Shown here: positions 19,828 to 30,096 of the stretch, piece by piece
Position numbering within the stretch: the stretch's first letter is position 1
How the letters are laid out: every line of letters begins with the position of its first letter
Assembly: GCA_046483495.1 (NCBI GenBank)
Contig: JAWODC010000009.1
Coordinates: forward strand, 32,001-96,000
DNA from: Desulfobacterales bacterium
GTDB taxonomy: Bacteria > Desulfobacterota > Desulfobacteria > Desulfobacterales > UBA5616
Reading direction: 5' to 3'
DNA: 64,000 bases
Notes under the pieces: generated by a model
Databases searched by the model: none
What the model saw: the letters and a program-made list of their open reading frames with translations, nothing else
Told to the model about the DNA's origin: nothing
Program-made: the position numbers and the translations under genes

Positions 19828-20378
19828 ATCGATGATTGGAATGTTGATTCAGGGTTTGTTAAATGAAGTCCGGTTGAATTGCCATGCCGTAATATACAGG
19901 CCCCACGGCCGATGATCAAACGAATTTGTCCGTCAACGATTGGAATGCTCGACGTAAGATAAACGATGATTGAGAAGAAAGCTCAAAAAGGTGAGATATT
20001 GAGAGATAATCCAAGCTAAATCTATTTTAAAGGATAGCCGGTATCGGCAACGCCCCATCGGATCTGTTTAAATTACTTATAAAAAACCGGGATCGGAAAA
20101 ATACAGTTATTTAGAGCATTTGATGGAAGTAAAAGAAATAATTATAATAAATACAAATAGATAGAAATTGTTAATAACTTTTTTCAAATTTATGCCTAAA
20201 TCCAATTTATCCGGTTTGACTTTTTCATACCGCCATACTAAACATGCAGCCATCTTTGATTCAGCTTATCGAAAACCTGGAATAAACCTTCCATACGTAG
20301 TTTTTCATTAATTTTTTCGTATTGGTCTGCTGTTCTACTCATTGTCGTGTTGTATGTAAATGTGAGGATTTTTGCTCA

Positions 20379-21722
20379 ATGGAAAATGTATGGAATGACG
20401 CGAAAGAGGCGCTGAGGCAACGTATTCCGACGCACAGTTACCGGATGTGGATCGAACCGATTGTCTTCTCCGATGCAAAGAATGGCCGTTTCGTACTTTT
20501 CTGCCCCAATCAGTTTTCGAAAAAGCGGGTGATGGAACAATACGGTCATGCCATTGCATCTGAAATCAATCTAGCGGCGAATGCCTCTTGTGAAGTTGTA
20601 TTTGCAGTGACTCCCAAAAAAAATGGATCGCATAAAAGTGACTTTGTCGACAAGCAGATGCCGCTTCCGCATATCCATACATCGTCGTTTTCCGGCAGAC
20701 ACCTGAGAAATGATTTTACCTTTGACCAATTCGTGGTGGGTGACAGCAATGATTTCGCGTATTCCGCCGCTTTATCTTTAGCGGCAAAAAAAATAAGCCG
20801 GCAGCAGTCGCTTCTGTTGTTTTCAAAAACAGGTATGGGCAAAAGTCATCTGTCCCAGGCCGTGGGCCATTATATTATAGAGAAGTTTCCCAAAGAGCAT
20901 GTTTATTATATCACCGCAGAAGATTTTACCAATGAAGTGGTCCAATCTTTTCGAAGCAATTCCGTGGAGCAGTTTAAGAAAAAATACCGTAATGGTTGCG
21001 ATGTATTGCTGCTGGAAGATATCCATTATCTTAGTGGAAAAGAACGAACCCAGATGGAGCTTGCAATGACGCTGGAATTTCTTTTTTCAATGGACAAGAA
21101 AGTAATTTTTTCAAGCTCCCTCCCCCCTCATGAAATTCCAAAACTCGATGACAAATTGCGGTCTCACTTTTCCAGCGGTATCGTTTCCCATATCGAATCG
21201 CCATGCTACCGGACTCGTGTACGGATTCTGCAGAAAAAGGCCCAGGTAAACGGTTTCCATCATTTGCAGGGTGATATAATCGAATATCTGGCAAGCGAAT
21301 TGACGGAAGACATCCGCCAGCTGGAAAGCGGACTGATCGGAGTGGCGACAAAATCTTCCCTTATGGGTATACCGATCAATCTCAAACTTGCCGAGAGTGT
21401 CATTAAGAATATCGTGAAGACGAGGAAAAGCATCACGATCGATGTCATTAAAAAGCTGGTGTGCAAGCATTACGGCATTACCTTGGCCGATATCGTATCC
21501 CGCTCCCGCAAACAGTGCTTTACCCGCCCCCGGCAGATGGCCATTTACCTGTCGCGGAAGTATACGGACTCCCCGCTGCAAACCATCGGACGGCAATTCA
21601 ACCGATACCATGCAACAGCGCTTCATGCCATAAATTCGGTTGAACGTGGGGTTAAAAACAACACCGATGTCAAGAAGCAGGTTCTGCTGTTAAGCGAAAA
21701 ACTGGAAGCGGGGAAGTTTTGA
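20379..21722 (+). CDS. dnaA: DnaA-family protein, divergent paralogue (not followed by dnaN)
   Basis: All four domains are present: domain I (W..PNQF), FTFDQFVVGDSNDFA, TGMGKSHL, LLLEDIH, DIRQLES, RPRQMAIYLSR. Confidence 0.85.
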   Translation: MENVWNDAKEALRQRIPTHSYRMWIEPIVFSDAKNGRFVLFCPNQFSKKRVMEQYGHAIASEINLAANASCEVVFAVTPKKNGSHKSDFVDKQMPLPHIHTSSFSGRHLRNDFTFDQFVVGDSNDFAYSAALSLAAKKISRQQSLLLFSKTGMGKSHLSQAVGHYIIEKFPKEHVYYITAEDFTNEVVQSFRSNSVEQFKKKYRNGCDVLLLEDIHYLSGKERTQMELAMTLEFLFSMDKKVIFSSSLPPHEIPKLDDKLRSHFSSGIVSHIESPCYRTRVRILQKKAQVNGFHHLQGDIIEYLASELTEDIRQLESGLIGVATKSSLMGIPINLKLAESVIKNIVKTRKSITIDVIKKLVCKHYGITLADIVSRSRKQCFTRPRQMAIYLSRKYTDSPLQTIGRQFNRYHATALHAINSVERGVKNNTDVKKQVLLLSEKLEAGKF

Positions 21723-21794
21723 TCATATGTCGTCGACAAATCGTCTTCCGGTGGAGAAAACCGGGATGACCGGATCGTCACCCCTCTGGTATCC

Positions 21795-23180
21795 ATGCCG
21801 CTAGCCAATTCCGACTTTAAAAAAATTCAGCGCATTGTAGGCAAAGACTATTGCAGCCGCAAGAAAGAAGATCTTGTCTGCTACGGATATGATGCGACCG
21901 GACAAACATGCCTTCCTGAAGCCGTCGTATTCCCGGGATCGTCGCAAGAGATTTCAGAAATCTTTACAATTGCGGGGGCTGCTGATATACCGGTGACGCC
22001 CCGGGGCGCAGGGTCCGGATTGAGCGGTGGGGCCGTTTGTGTGAATGGCGGACTCGTATTGGTTATGACCCGGTTTAACAGAATGATTCACATTGACGGG
22101 GAGAACCTGACGGCAGACGTCGAACCCGGCGTTGTTGTCGGTCATTTCCATGCTGCGGTTGAAAAGAAGGGGTTGTTTTACCCGCCTGACCCGGCCAGTT
22201 CGGATTTTTCAACCCTGGGAGGCAATCTCGCTGAGTGCGCCGGGGGGCCGAGAGCCGTCAAGTACGGGGTGACCCGGGATTACGTGTTGGGCCTGGAAGC
22301 CGTCATTCCCACGGGAGAAATGATCAACACCGGCGTCAGAACAGCCAAAGGTGTGGTCGGATACGACCTGACCCGGCTTTTGGTGGGATCTGAGGGTACA
22401 CTGGCTGTAATTACCCGGATGACCCTTCGATTACTCCCGCTGCCGGAGTCGGTCCGAACGATGACGGCTGTATTCGATGACATGGAAACGGCGGCAGAGG
22501 CCGTTTCAGGAATCATTAAACACGGTATTCTTCCCAGGACGATCGAGTATATGGATCAGACGTCCATCCGATGTGTGAACACCTATATGCAATCCGAATT
22601 GCCTGTGGATGCCGGCGCACTGTTGCTGCTCGAGGTCGACGGGATGAAAAGTGATGTCGACGCCGCACTCGGACGATTGACTGTCGTGTGCCGAAACGCC
22701 GGCGCCGTGGAGACGCGGATTGCGGGAACCCGGACGGATGTTTCACGGCTGTGGGCGGCAAGGAAATCCATCAACCCGGCGCTCTTCCAGTATGCTCCCC
22801 ATAAAATCAATGAAGATATCGTGGTCCCCAGAAACAAAATACCGGACATGGTGAGAAAGATTATCGCCTTAAAGAACAAAACCGGTCTGACCATCGCCAG
22901 CTACGGGCATGCCGGAGATGGTAATATTCATGTGAACATCATGCTGGACAAGCGGGACGCAACTGCCCTGAAAAAGGCGGATGCCGCAATAGAAGAATTA
23001 TTTGATTACACCCTGGCGGTCGGGGGAAGCATTTCGGGCGAGCATGGTGTAGGGACGACGAAATCGGCGTTCATACACAAAGAAATCGGGCCCACGGAGC
23101 TGATGCTGATGAAACGCATTAAATCCGTGTTCGATCCCAAGGGAATTTTAAATCCGGGGAAAATGTTTCAGGGGCAGTGA
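21795..23180 (+). CDS. FAD-linked oxidase, GlcD / D-lactate dehydrogenase-like
   Basis: PRGAGSGLSGG, YPPDPAS, KYGVTRDYV, GSEGTL, GHAGDGNIH, SGEHGVG, LNPGK. Confidence 0.92.
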   Translation: MPLANSDFKKIQRIVGKDYCSRKKEDLVCYGYDATGQTCLPEAVVFPGSSQEISEIFTIAGAADIPVTPRGAGSGLSGGAVCVNGGLVLVMTRFNRMIHIDGENLTADVEPGVVVGHFHAAVEKKGLFYPPDPASSDFSTLGGNLAECAGGPRAVKYGVTRDYVLGLEAVIPTGEMINTGVRTAKGVVGYDLTRLLVGSEGTLAVITRMTLRLLPLPESVRTMTAVFDDMETAAEAVSGIIKHGILPRTIEYMDQTSIRCVNTYMQSELPVDAGALLLLEVDGMKSDVDAALGRLTVVCRNAGAVETRIAGTRTDVSRLWAARKSINPALFQYAPHKINEDIVVPRNKIPDMVRKIIALKNKTGLTIASYGHAGDGNIHVNIMLDKRDATALKKADAAIEELFDYTLAVGGSISGEHGVGTTKSAFIHKEIGPTELMLMKRIKSVFDPKGILNPGKMFQGQ

Positions 23181-23249
23181 CCGGTGAACGGATTGCATGG
23201 AAAAGTGAACCGAACCCAGTAGCTGCACGCCATGCCCATCAAAAAAAGG

Positions 23250-23277
23250 TTGACATATACCCAAAAATCACTATGGT
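23250..23277 (+). promoter_or_regulatory. Candidate sigma70 promoter for suhB
   Basis: TTGACA-16 bp-TATGGT, 8 bp upstream of ATG 23286. Confidence 0.55.
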
Positions 23278-23285
23278 TACCCCAA

Positions 23286-24062
23286 ATGAATTTGGATCTG
23301 GTGAAAGATATCGGCATTGATGCCGCCCGTAAAGGTGCTGATGTAACGCGTTCTTTTTTGGGAAAAACACGCATAGTGAAAAAGGGTGCTATCGATCTGG
23401 TTACCCAGGCGGATAAAGAGTCGGAACGAATAATTATCAACACGATCTTAAGCACGTTCCCCGATCATACCATTCTGGCGGAAGAAAGCGGCCGCCACGG
23501 CCATGAAGCGCCGTATCTCTGGATTATCGACCCTTTGGACGGTACAACGAATTTTGCACATGAAATACAGCATTATTCCGTTTCGATTGCATTTGCCGTA
23601 AATGGTGAGATTGCAGTCGGGATCGTGCTCAATCCCACATCCGACGAACTTTTTACCGCCGTTTCCGGCCAGGGCGCACACCTCAATGGCCGGACCATAA
23701 GCGTGTCGAGCGTGCGCGATGTCGGCAACAGCCTCCTGGTTACCGGCTTCCCCTATAATTTCAAAGCGATATTTTCCCAAGTCATCGGCCGGTTTTCGAA
23801 CTGTCTGAAAGCGGCCCAGGGAATTCGCCGATTCGGTTCGGCGGCCCTGGATTTATGCGATATCGCCTGCGGACGGTTCGATGGTTTCTGGGAGCAGAAT
23901 TTACATCCATGGGATACCGCAGCCGGGTGTTTGATTGCATCAGAAGCCGGGGCCCGCATCAGTGATTTTTCAAATAACCCGTTCGATATTTATGGAAACG
24001 AGATATTGGCCACCAACGGAAGCATACATCAAGAAATGATTTCGCTATTAAGGATCGAATAA
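23286..24062 (+). CDS. suhB: Inositol monophosphatase family protein
   Basis: DLVTQAD, LAEES, WIIDPLDGTTNF, RRFGSAALD, PWDTAAG. Confidence 0.93.
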   Translation: MNLDLVKDIGIDAARKGADVTRSFLGKTRIVKKGAIDLVTQADKESERIIINTILSTFPDHTILAEESGRHGHEAPYLWIIDPLDGTTNFAHEIQHYSVSIAFAVNGEIAVGIVLNPTSDELFTAVSGQGAHLNGRTISVSSVRDVGNSLLVTGFPYNFKAIFSQVIGRFSNCLKAAQGIRRFGSAALDLCDIACGRFDGFWEQNLHPWDTAAGCLIASEAGARISDFSNNPFDIYGNEILATNGSIHQEMISLLRIE

Positions 24063-24065
24063 CCG

Positions 24066-24272
24066 ATGAATACTTTTCAGAAAGAATTGAACCACGGAAT
24101 CTCCGCGGGAAACCACCTGGGGTGTTTCGGAAACTTCACGATGATTGACCCGATATGCAGAAAGCATTGTGCATTGAGACTCCGATGCGCGATCGAGTCG
24201 GATCACAAGGAGCAAATGGAAATATTGGAAGATTTGGCCTCATTTAGTGAGCTTAACCTGAAGGGCCACTAA
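24066..24272 (+). CDS. Small Cys4 hypothetical protein
   Basis: Starts 3 bp after the suhB stop; GCFG..DPIC..HC..RC spacing; a hairpin follows at 24313-24339. Confidence 0.6.
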   Translation: MNTFQKELNHGISAGNHLGCFGNFTMIDPICRKHCALRLRCAIESDHKEQMEILEDLASFSELNLKGH

Positions 24273-24468
24273 GCCGGAGAGGCTGACCCTCAACGATTAA
24301 CGACGCGTAAGTCCCGAAGAGGAAGAGATCTTCTTCGGGTTGCGGCTGTTTTGATTTGCGCGATGGGATCGTTTCGATCGTCAGGACCCTTCACAATGTA
24401 CCCAACGATCGAAGCGCGTAACGAGCTCTTCAACGTCCCTCATATACACCTATCTATCCCCCGCCTTT

Positions 24469-26118
24469 TTACTGTTCAAAACCCACTGCAAGCGCGGCTT
24501 CCCCAAGATAATCCTGAATTCTATCCACCAAAGGCTCGAGTGTGGATGCCTCGATTGCGGAAACGGGTACGCCGCCGATGCGTTCGCGGAGAAGTTCCAC
24601 CGTGGATGAATCGACCAGGTCCATTTTGTTCAGCACGGGGATGATATGGATGTCGTTTAAATTCAAATCATCGAGAATGCAGTTTACTGAAGTCATTTGT
24701 TCTTTGAACCGGGGATTGCTGATATCGATCACATGGAGCAGTAGGTCGGCGTTTTCAAGTTCTTCAAGGGTTGCACGAAACGCCACACGCAAATCTTCCG
24801 GAAGATCTTTGATGAATCCTACGGTATCCGTGATGATGACTTCCAGGTCCCGCGGAAAGCGCAGCCGCCGACTCGACGGATCGAGCGTGGCGAAAAGACG
24901 ATCTTCCGCCCGAATTCGGCTATCGGTCAAGGTGTTGAGAAGGGTTGACTTCCCGGCATTGGTGTATCCGATTATGGATATAATCGGCAGCTTCTTCTTT
25001 TTGCGCTTGGACCGCTGCATGCGCCGGTTCGACCGCACTTTTTCCAATGATTTTTCCAGATGGGTGATACGTTCGCGTGCCCGCCGGCGGTTGATTTCGA
25101 GTTTCGTTTCACCGGGCCCGCGTCCGCCGATGCCTCCAGTCAAGCGGGACATGGCGGTGTTTTTGGTCACCAGCCTGGGTAGCAGGTATTTCAATTGGGC
25201 CAGTTCCACCTGAAGTTTGCCCTCGCGGCTGCGGGCTTGCTGGGCGAATATGTCCAGGATCAGCTGGGTACGGTCGATCACTTTGATTTCGACCTGATCG
25301 GTAATGGAACGGATCTGCCCGGGGGATAATTCCTGGTCGAAAATCAGCATGGACGCCCCTTTTTGAAGGGCGAGAATGGTCAATTCTTTTATTTTCCCGG
25401 AGCCCAGGACAAATTTTGGGTCAGCCTTGCGCCGGTGTTGAATGACGGAACCCACCACCTTGATGCCGGAGGATTTCGCCAATTCTTTCAATTCATCCAT
25501 CGATGCCGCGGCTTCGGATTTCGGTGCTTCTGTGACACTGATCAGGAGGGCAAATTCCTTCCGCCTTCCACCCGGTTGAGCAGGGCGCGAAACGGCCAGT
25601 TCCGATTCCAGAGCACGGATGATGGCCATGCAGCCGATATTCAGGTCGGGTGTTCGAATGGGAGGAAGTACCTCGTAAGCGGTATTGTCGAAATTCGTCG
25701 GGATCACGTGGGCGATGTGCACCTTGTCGGGTTCACCGTTTGGGTTTACGGCGATGGCCGCCATCAGATCCAGGCGCAGCAAGGCAAGGTCGGTTAAGTC
25801 GTCCCGGCTCAATGCACCGTGGTCCGGATGCGTATGCACACATCGGAGTCCGGAAAGGCGGCCCGGTGCGCTTCGGTACTCGGGGGTTTCCGGAATAAAA
25901 ATGTCGTAGTAGCTGCCGATGATAACGTATTCGATTTTGCCGCGCCGATTGATGAGAAGCCCTACCTGCCGGTGAATTTCATGGGACAGAAGCGATATTT
26001 CTCGTGCTACTTCGGGTGTTACCGGGTACTCTGGAGGAATTCGTCGCCGGTAGAGGTTTTCCAATCGTTTTATTTGGCTTTTTTTAAGCCCTTTACGTGT
26101 TCCAAAAGGCTTTTTCAT
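24469..26118 (-). CDS. hflX: GTPase HflX, long form with N-terminal extension
   Basis: DRTQLILDIFA, GRGPGETKLE, GYTNAGKSTL, LFATLDP, DTVGFI, NKMD. Confidence 0.96.
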   Translation of the reverse strand: MKKPFGTRKGLKKSQIKRLENLYRRRIPPEYPVTPEVAREISLLSHEIHRQVGLLINRRGKIEYVIIGSYYDIFIPETPEYRSAPGRLSGLRCVHTHPDHGALSRDDLTDLALLRLDLMAAIAVNPNGEPDKVHIAHVIPTNFDNTAYEVLPPIRTPDLNIGCMAIIRALESELAVSRPAQPGGRRKEFALLISVTEAPKSEAAASMDELKELAKSSGIKVVGSVIQHRRKADPKFVLGSGKIKELTILALQKGASMLIFDQELSPGQIRSITDQVEIKVIDRTQLILDIFAQQARSREGKLQVELAQLKYLLPRLVTKNTAMSRLTGGIGGRGPGETKLEINRRRARERITHLEKSLEKVRSNRRMQRSKRKKKKLPIISIIGYTNAGKSTLLNTLTDSRIRAEDRLFATLDPSSRRLRFPRDLEVIITDTVGFIKDLPEDLRVAFRATLEELENADLLLHVIDISNPRFKEQMTSVNCILDDLNLNDIHIIPVLNKMDLVDSSTVELLRERIGGVPVSAIEASTLEPLVDRIQDYLGEAALAVGFEQ

Positions 26119-26149
26119 ATCCTTAACATAAGCATGATGAATACCAAAA

Positions 26150-27523
26150 TCAAGATATGATATCGCCGGATGAGAAATTTTCAAAGCGGGTATAGGCATT
26201 TAAAAAGGCGAGGGTCACGGATCCGGTAGGGCCGTTTCGCTGTTTTGAAAGAATGATTTCCGCGGTTCCTTTATGGGGATTGGTTTCTTCGGTATTGTAA
26301 ACTTCGTCTCGATAGATGAATGCCACAAGATCGGCATCCTGCTCGAGTGCCCCGGATTCTCTTAAGTCTGAAAGTTTGGGGCGCTTATCGTTTCTTTGTT
26401 CGAGCATGCGATTAAGCTGGGACAAGGCAATTACCGGCACGTTGAGCTCCTTGGCAAGAGCCTTCAACGAGCGTGAAATGTCCGATATTTCGAGATCTCG
26501 CCGCTCCAGGGTTCGGCTTGAGCGCATCAACTGCAGGTAATCGATAATAATCATTCCGATATCCTGATCCATTTTCAAGCGCCTGGCCTTGGCCCGAATT
26601 TCCGTAGCGGAAATAACGGGAGAGTCGTCGATAAAAATCGGTGACTCCGACAAAATGCCGGCGGCCTCGGTAATATTCTCCCAATCCTCCATGCTGAAAA
26701 ATCCGCTTCGCAGGCGCGATGAATCCACACGCGCATCCGAGCAAAGCATGCGAAGGGACAGCTGTTCCTTCGCCATTTCAAGCGAAAAAACAGCTGTGGG
26801 CGTATGATTCGAAACGGCGGCGTTTCTGGCGATGTTCAAGGCCAGCGCAGTTTTACCCATACTCGGACGTGCTGCAATGATAATCAGGTCGGCCTTCTGA
26901 AATCCGGAAGTGAGCCTATCAAGATCCTTGAACCCGGATGGAATGCCCGTTATCAGTGATTTTTTTTCTTGTTTTTCTTCCAGCTCGACAATGTTTGATT
27001 CGATAATGCCGCTGATGGGATAAAAGGATTGGCGGGTCTTGTTTTCCGAAACGTCAAAAATGGACCTTTCCGCAAATTCCACGATTTCTTCCAGCTCGAG
27101 GCTGTCTTCAAAACAGCGGCGGGCGATTTCATTGGATTTCTCGATCAGCTTTCTCAAGCAGGATTTTTCGTAAATAATTTTCGCGTAATGCGGGGCATTG
27201 ACGGCAAGCGGCACCGAATCAATAAGGCCTGCAAGATAGGTCGCCCCGCCGATTTCTTCGAGCTGGTCCTTCGATTTAAGATAGCCGGTCAGGGTGATTA
27301 AATCGATGGGTTCGTCCTTTTCAAAAAGGGCGAGCATGGATTTGAAAATTTTTTTATGGGCGCTTCGGTAGAAATCGTCTGCTGAGACCAATTCGATAAT
27401 CTCGAGAAGCGTCCCATTATCGAAGAGAATGGCGCTGAGAAGTGATGCTTCCGCTTCCACGTTCTGGGGTGGGAGCATTACGGGGGTCTGGTTTTGTTTC
27501 GAGTGCGTGCGTAATTGATTCAT
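26150..27523 (-). CDS. dnaB: Replicative DNA helicase
   Basis: PPQNVEAE, AARPSMGKT, FSLEM, IDYLQL, LSQLNR, DLRESGALEQDAD, KQRNGPTG. Normal length, no intein. Confidence 0.97.
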   Translation of the reverse strand: MNQLRTHSKQNQTPVMLPPQNVEAEASLLSAILFDNGTLLEIIELVSADDFYRSAHKKIFKSMLALFEKDEPIDLITLTGYLKSKDQLEEIGGATYLAGLIDSVPLAVNAPHYAKIIYEKSCLRKLIEKSNEIARRCFEDSLELEEIVEFAERSIFDVSENKTRQSFYPISGIIESNIVELEEKQEKKSLITGIPSGFKDLDRLTSGFQKADLIIIAARPSMGKTALALNIARNAAVSNHTPTAVFSLEMAKEQLSLRMLCSDARVDSSRLRSGFFSMEDWENITEAAGILSESPIFIDDSPVISATEIRAKARRLKMDQDIGMIIIDYLQLMRSSRTLERRDLEISDISRSLKALAKELNVPVIALSQLNRMLEQRNDKRPKLSDLRESGALEQDADLVAFIYRDEVYNTEETNPHKGTAEIILSKQRNGPTGSVTLAFLNAYTRFENFSSGDIIS

Positions 27524-27757
27524 GTTTATACCAAAATATTCCTGCAAAGGGGAGGGTGAACTGTATGAAAACAGGCGTTTCTCTACACTGTCAAGCGGTG
27601 TATTGCCGGGTGCGGATAATGGGTCAACACCACTCGTCCAATGCTGCTGTGTCGGAGCGGGAGGTCCGGCGGGCTTTACATATGTTCCCATATGCCGGTT
27701 TAAACGCCGGAACCAACCCTGCCGGCAAATTCGTGATGACGTTGTGTCCGGTATACG

Positions 27758-28204
27758 TCAGGCTTCCGGAACAACTTCCACGGTGATACAGGGTTCTACA
27801 TCCCTGTAAACACGGATGGGAACCTCAAATGTTCCCACCGTTTTGATGGGGTCCTTGAGCAGGACCATCCGTCTGTGCACCTCCACATTCTGTTTGGAAA
27901 GTGCATTGACAATGTCCTTTACGGTAACGGATCCGTAAAGTTTGTCCGCTTCGACCACCTTTGCCGGTATCGTAACGGACACCCCTTGGAGCCTTTCAGC
28001 CATTTCGGTGGCAATTTTTCGCTCCTTGGCGATTTGAAGGTCGAATTTGGATTTTTGCTGGTCTATGATTTTTCGATTTTGAGGGGTGTCCATGACCGCT
28101 TTATTCTGGGGAAGCAGGTAATTGCGCGCGTAACCATCGGCAACATTTACGGTGCTCCCGATAATTCCTAAGGATTCAATGGTTTCTTTTAATATAATTT
28201 TCAC
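27758..28204 (-). CDS. rplI: 50S ribosomal protein L9
   Basis: GTG start after GGAGG; VADGYARNYLLP, KLYGSVT. Confidence 0.96.
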   Translation of the reverse strand: MKIILKETIESLGIIGSTVNVADGYARNYLLPQNKAVMDTPQNRKIIDQQKSKFDLQIAKERKIATEMAERLQGVSVTIPAKVVEADKLYGSVTVKDIVNALSKQNVEVHRRMVLLKDPIKTVGTFEVPIRVYRDVEPCITVEVVPEA

Positions 28205-28283
28205 TTTTTTCCTCCAAAAGGGTGATGCGGGTTGTTCAGCATCGCCCGGGGTGGTCAAATTAATGCAATTGGTTCTGACCGAC

Positions 28284-29216
28284 TCAGTCCACGGTTTCGA
28301 CCGCCTTTAATTTGCGGACATCCAGCCAGGCGTCGAAAAAGCCTATCCCTGCGATAAAAAGCAGGAATATCTGCTGAAAGACAATCAGGAGGTATAAAAC
28401 CGTTTTTAACATCACCGGCAGCTTCTTTTTTTCAAAGAAAAAGGAAACGATGGCGATGCCATGTAAAAAATAGATCACGAACAAAACCAGCAATGCGTTC
28501 ATTCCGAAAAGTGTAATCCGACTATCCGGAATCACCAGCATGATTCCTGCCGCGACAACCACCCATATCAGCATTTCGGGCGATTTCCATCGGTTAAACG
28601 GCCCAAAATCCGGAAATCGCATCCCCTTCATCGCATACAACGATTTTGCTGCAAGCACATTCACCCACGAGATAAACAAGGTGCCGGCCATCACGATGCC
28701 GGGCACGATGCGAACAAGCACGTACTGAATACGCGGCATGGACCGTTCAAGCATTTGAACGGTTTCTTCAGGGATGCCCATTTCCTTATAAAGCATCAGT
28801 GTGTGATTCAGATTGGCCGCAACAAAATCAGATAATCGGACTGCCACATTCACGTCGGAAACGAGATTGTAAAAGAACACCAGTATCGATGATGCGACCC
28901 ACACCGCGAGGTTCGGGTAAAAAACACATTTTTCCAGGGGAGCCGACATTTCAAGCCATTCGCCCAACCCGAAACCGAGAATGAACAGCGCGGTTAGAAA
29001 TAGGACATCAAACGTGATGCCGCCGGTTATCAGCATCATAACGATAATGACGCTGACCGGAATTACAGCGGCATCCTTACGTCCGAGCCTTGTCCGATAA
29101 AACATGATCGGCAAAGGGATCAATACGACAAAGAAGAAACCGATGATCGGAACGGCAAACGATATCGCGATAATAATAATCGTCAGGGCAATGCCCGTTG
29201 TTATATCCTTTGTCAT
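28284..29216 (-). CDS. YybS/DUF2232 family membrane protein
   Basis: Multi-TM protein of 310 aa ending GFFDAWLDVRK; usual position between rpsR and rplI. Confidence 0.85.
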   Translation of the reverse strand: MTKDITTGIALTIIIIAISFAVPIIGFFFVVLIPLPIMFYRTRLGRKDAAVIPVSVIIVMMLITGGITFDVLFLTALFILGFGLGEWLEMSAPLEKCVFYPNLAVWVASSILVFFYNLVSDVNVAVRLSDFVAANLNHTLMLYKEMGIPEETVQMLERSMPRIQYVLVRIVPGIVMAGTLFISWVNVLAAKSLYAMKGMRFPDFGPFNRWKSPEMLIWVVVAAGIMLVIPDSRITLFGMNALLVLFVIYFLHGIAIVSFFFEKKKLPVMLKTVLYLLIVFQQIFLLFIAGIGFFDAWLDVRKLKAVETVD

Positions 29217-29292
29217 AATCCGTCGGCAGGTTTGCCTGAAAAGGCGTTAAACACTGCTTCGTTCATTCCGGACCTTCGTGCCATATGGCCGG

Positions 29293-29562
29293 CTAGGTAT
29301 CAAGTGTGCCGACATACGGGAGCAGTGCAATCGTTCTGGCCCGCTTTATCGCATGCGTAAGAGCCCTTTGATGTCTTGCGCAGGTTCCTGAAATGCGCCG
29401 GGGTATAATTTTCCCTCTTTCCGTGATGAAGTACTTCAAGAGCTTCTGGTCTTTATAGTCAATCACGAGGCTGCTGTCTGCACAGAATCGGCACACTTTT
29501 CGCCTATGGTAGATGCGTTTTCTGGCCGGTTTCGCCCTTCGAGGTCTGGCATTATCATTCAT
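29293..29562 (-). CDS. rpsR: 30S ribosomal protein S18 (zinc-binding form)
   Basis: [38 protein letters not shown]. Confidence 0.97.
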   Translation of the reverse strand: MNDNARPRRAKPARKRIYHRRKVCRFCADSSLVIDYKDQKLLKYFITERGKIIPRRISGTCARHQRALTHAIKRARTIALLPYVGTLDT

Positions 29563-30046
29563 TGGGCACCTCCTCACCTGCAGCGCTCATCCGCTCATCC
29601 GTTTGGGACGCCTCGGATGCTGTCGACGGAGCCTCTGAAGCGGGTTCCGTTTTCTGGGCTTCAGCTTCAGCCTCGGCCTGATCAGTCGCTTCGGCACTCG
29701 ATGCGGCTGCTTTTTCCCCGGCTTCGTCGATTTCCTTTTGAATCTCTGCCGGATCTGCTTTTTCGTCGATCAAGACGGTCATGTACTTCAGAATGCGATC
29801 ATCGATTCTGCAGAATCGTTCTATCTCATCCACGAGCGAACCGCTGCCGCAGTAATCGAACCGGACATAATATCCCCGTGTTCTTTTTTTGATTTCATAG
29901 GCAAGTCTTCGCGAACCCCATTCATCCACGAGAACCGTCATTCCGTTCTTATCCGAAATCAACCCGGTGACTCGGTCAAACACCGGCTTACGGCTCTCTT
30001 CGGATAGTTCCGAGTCCATGATCATAATCGTTTCGTATCTTCTCAT
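29555..30046 (-). CDS. rpsF: 30S ribosomal protein S6 with long acidic tail
   Basis: [24 protein letters not shown]. Confidence 0.97.
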   Translation of the reverse strand: MRRYETIMIMDSELSEESRKPVFDRVTGLISDKNGMTVLVDEWGSRRLAYEIKKRTRGYYVRFDYCGSGSLVDEIERFCRIDDRILKYMTVLIDEKADPAEIQKEIDEAGEKAAASSAEATDQAEAEAEAQKTEPASEAPSTASEASQTDERMSAAGEEVPNE

Positions 30047-30049
30047 TAA

Positions 30050-30096
30050 ACCTCCTTATGGCTGTAAATCCCCGGCTGTATGCCGGAGCAAGGAAT
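30050..30096 (-). promoter_or_regulatory. Candidate S6:S18 autoregulatory leader RNA
   Basis: On the minus strand TTCCTTGCT can pair with TAAGGAG at the SD, with an inner CCGGC/GCCGG hairpin and CC immediately 5' of the SD. Confidence 0.6.

Noticed and set aside
19828..20378. oriC upstream of dnaA
   Set aside because: There is no cluster of TTATCCACA boxes and no dnaN/gyrB context, and the DnaA is atypical.
24272..24469. Replication terminus inferred from the switch from mostly plus to mostly minus genes
   Set aside because: No dif site was found, and GC skew cannot be computed here; operon-level chance is enough to explain it.
26121..26149. dif site (TTATGTTAAGG on minus strand)
   Set aside because: Only an XerD-like half is present and the XerC arm does not fit. 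The similar stretch near 31915-31942 has wrong spacing.
29555..29562. Missing ssb/priB between rpsF and rpsR as a novelty
   Set aside because: Direct rpsF-rpsR linkage is common in this group of bacteria.
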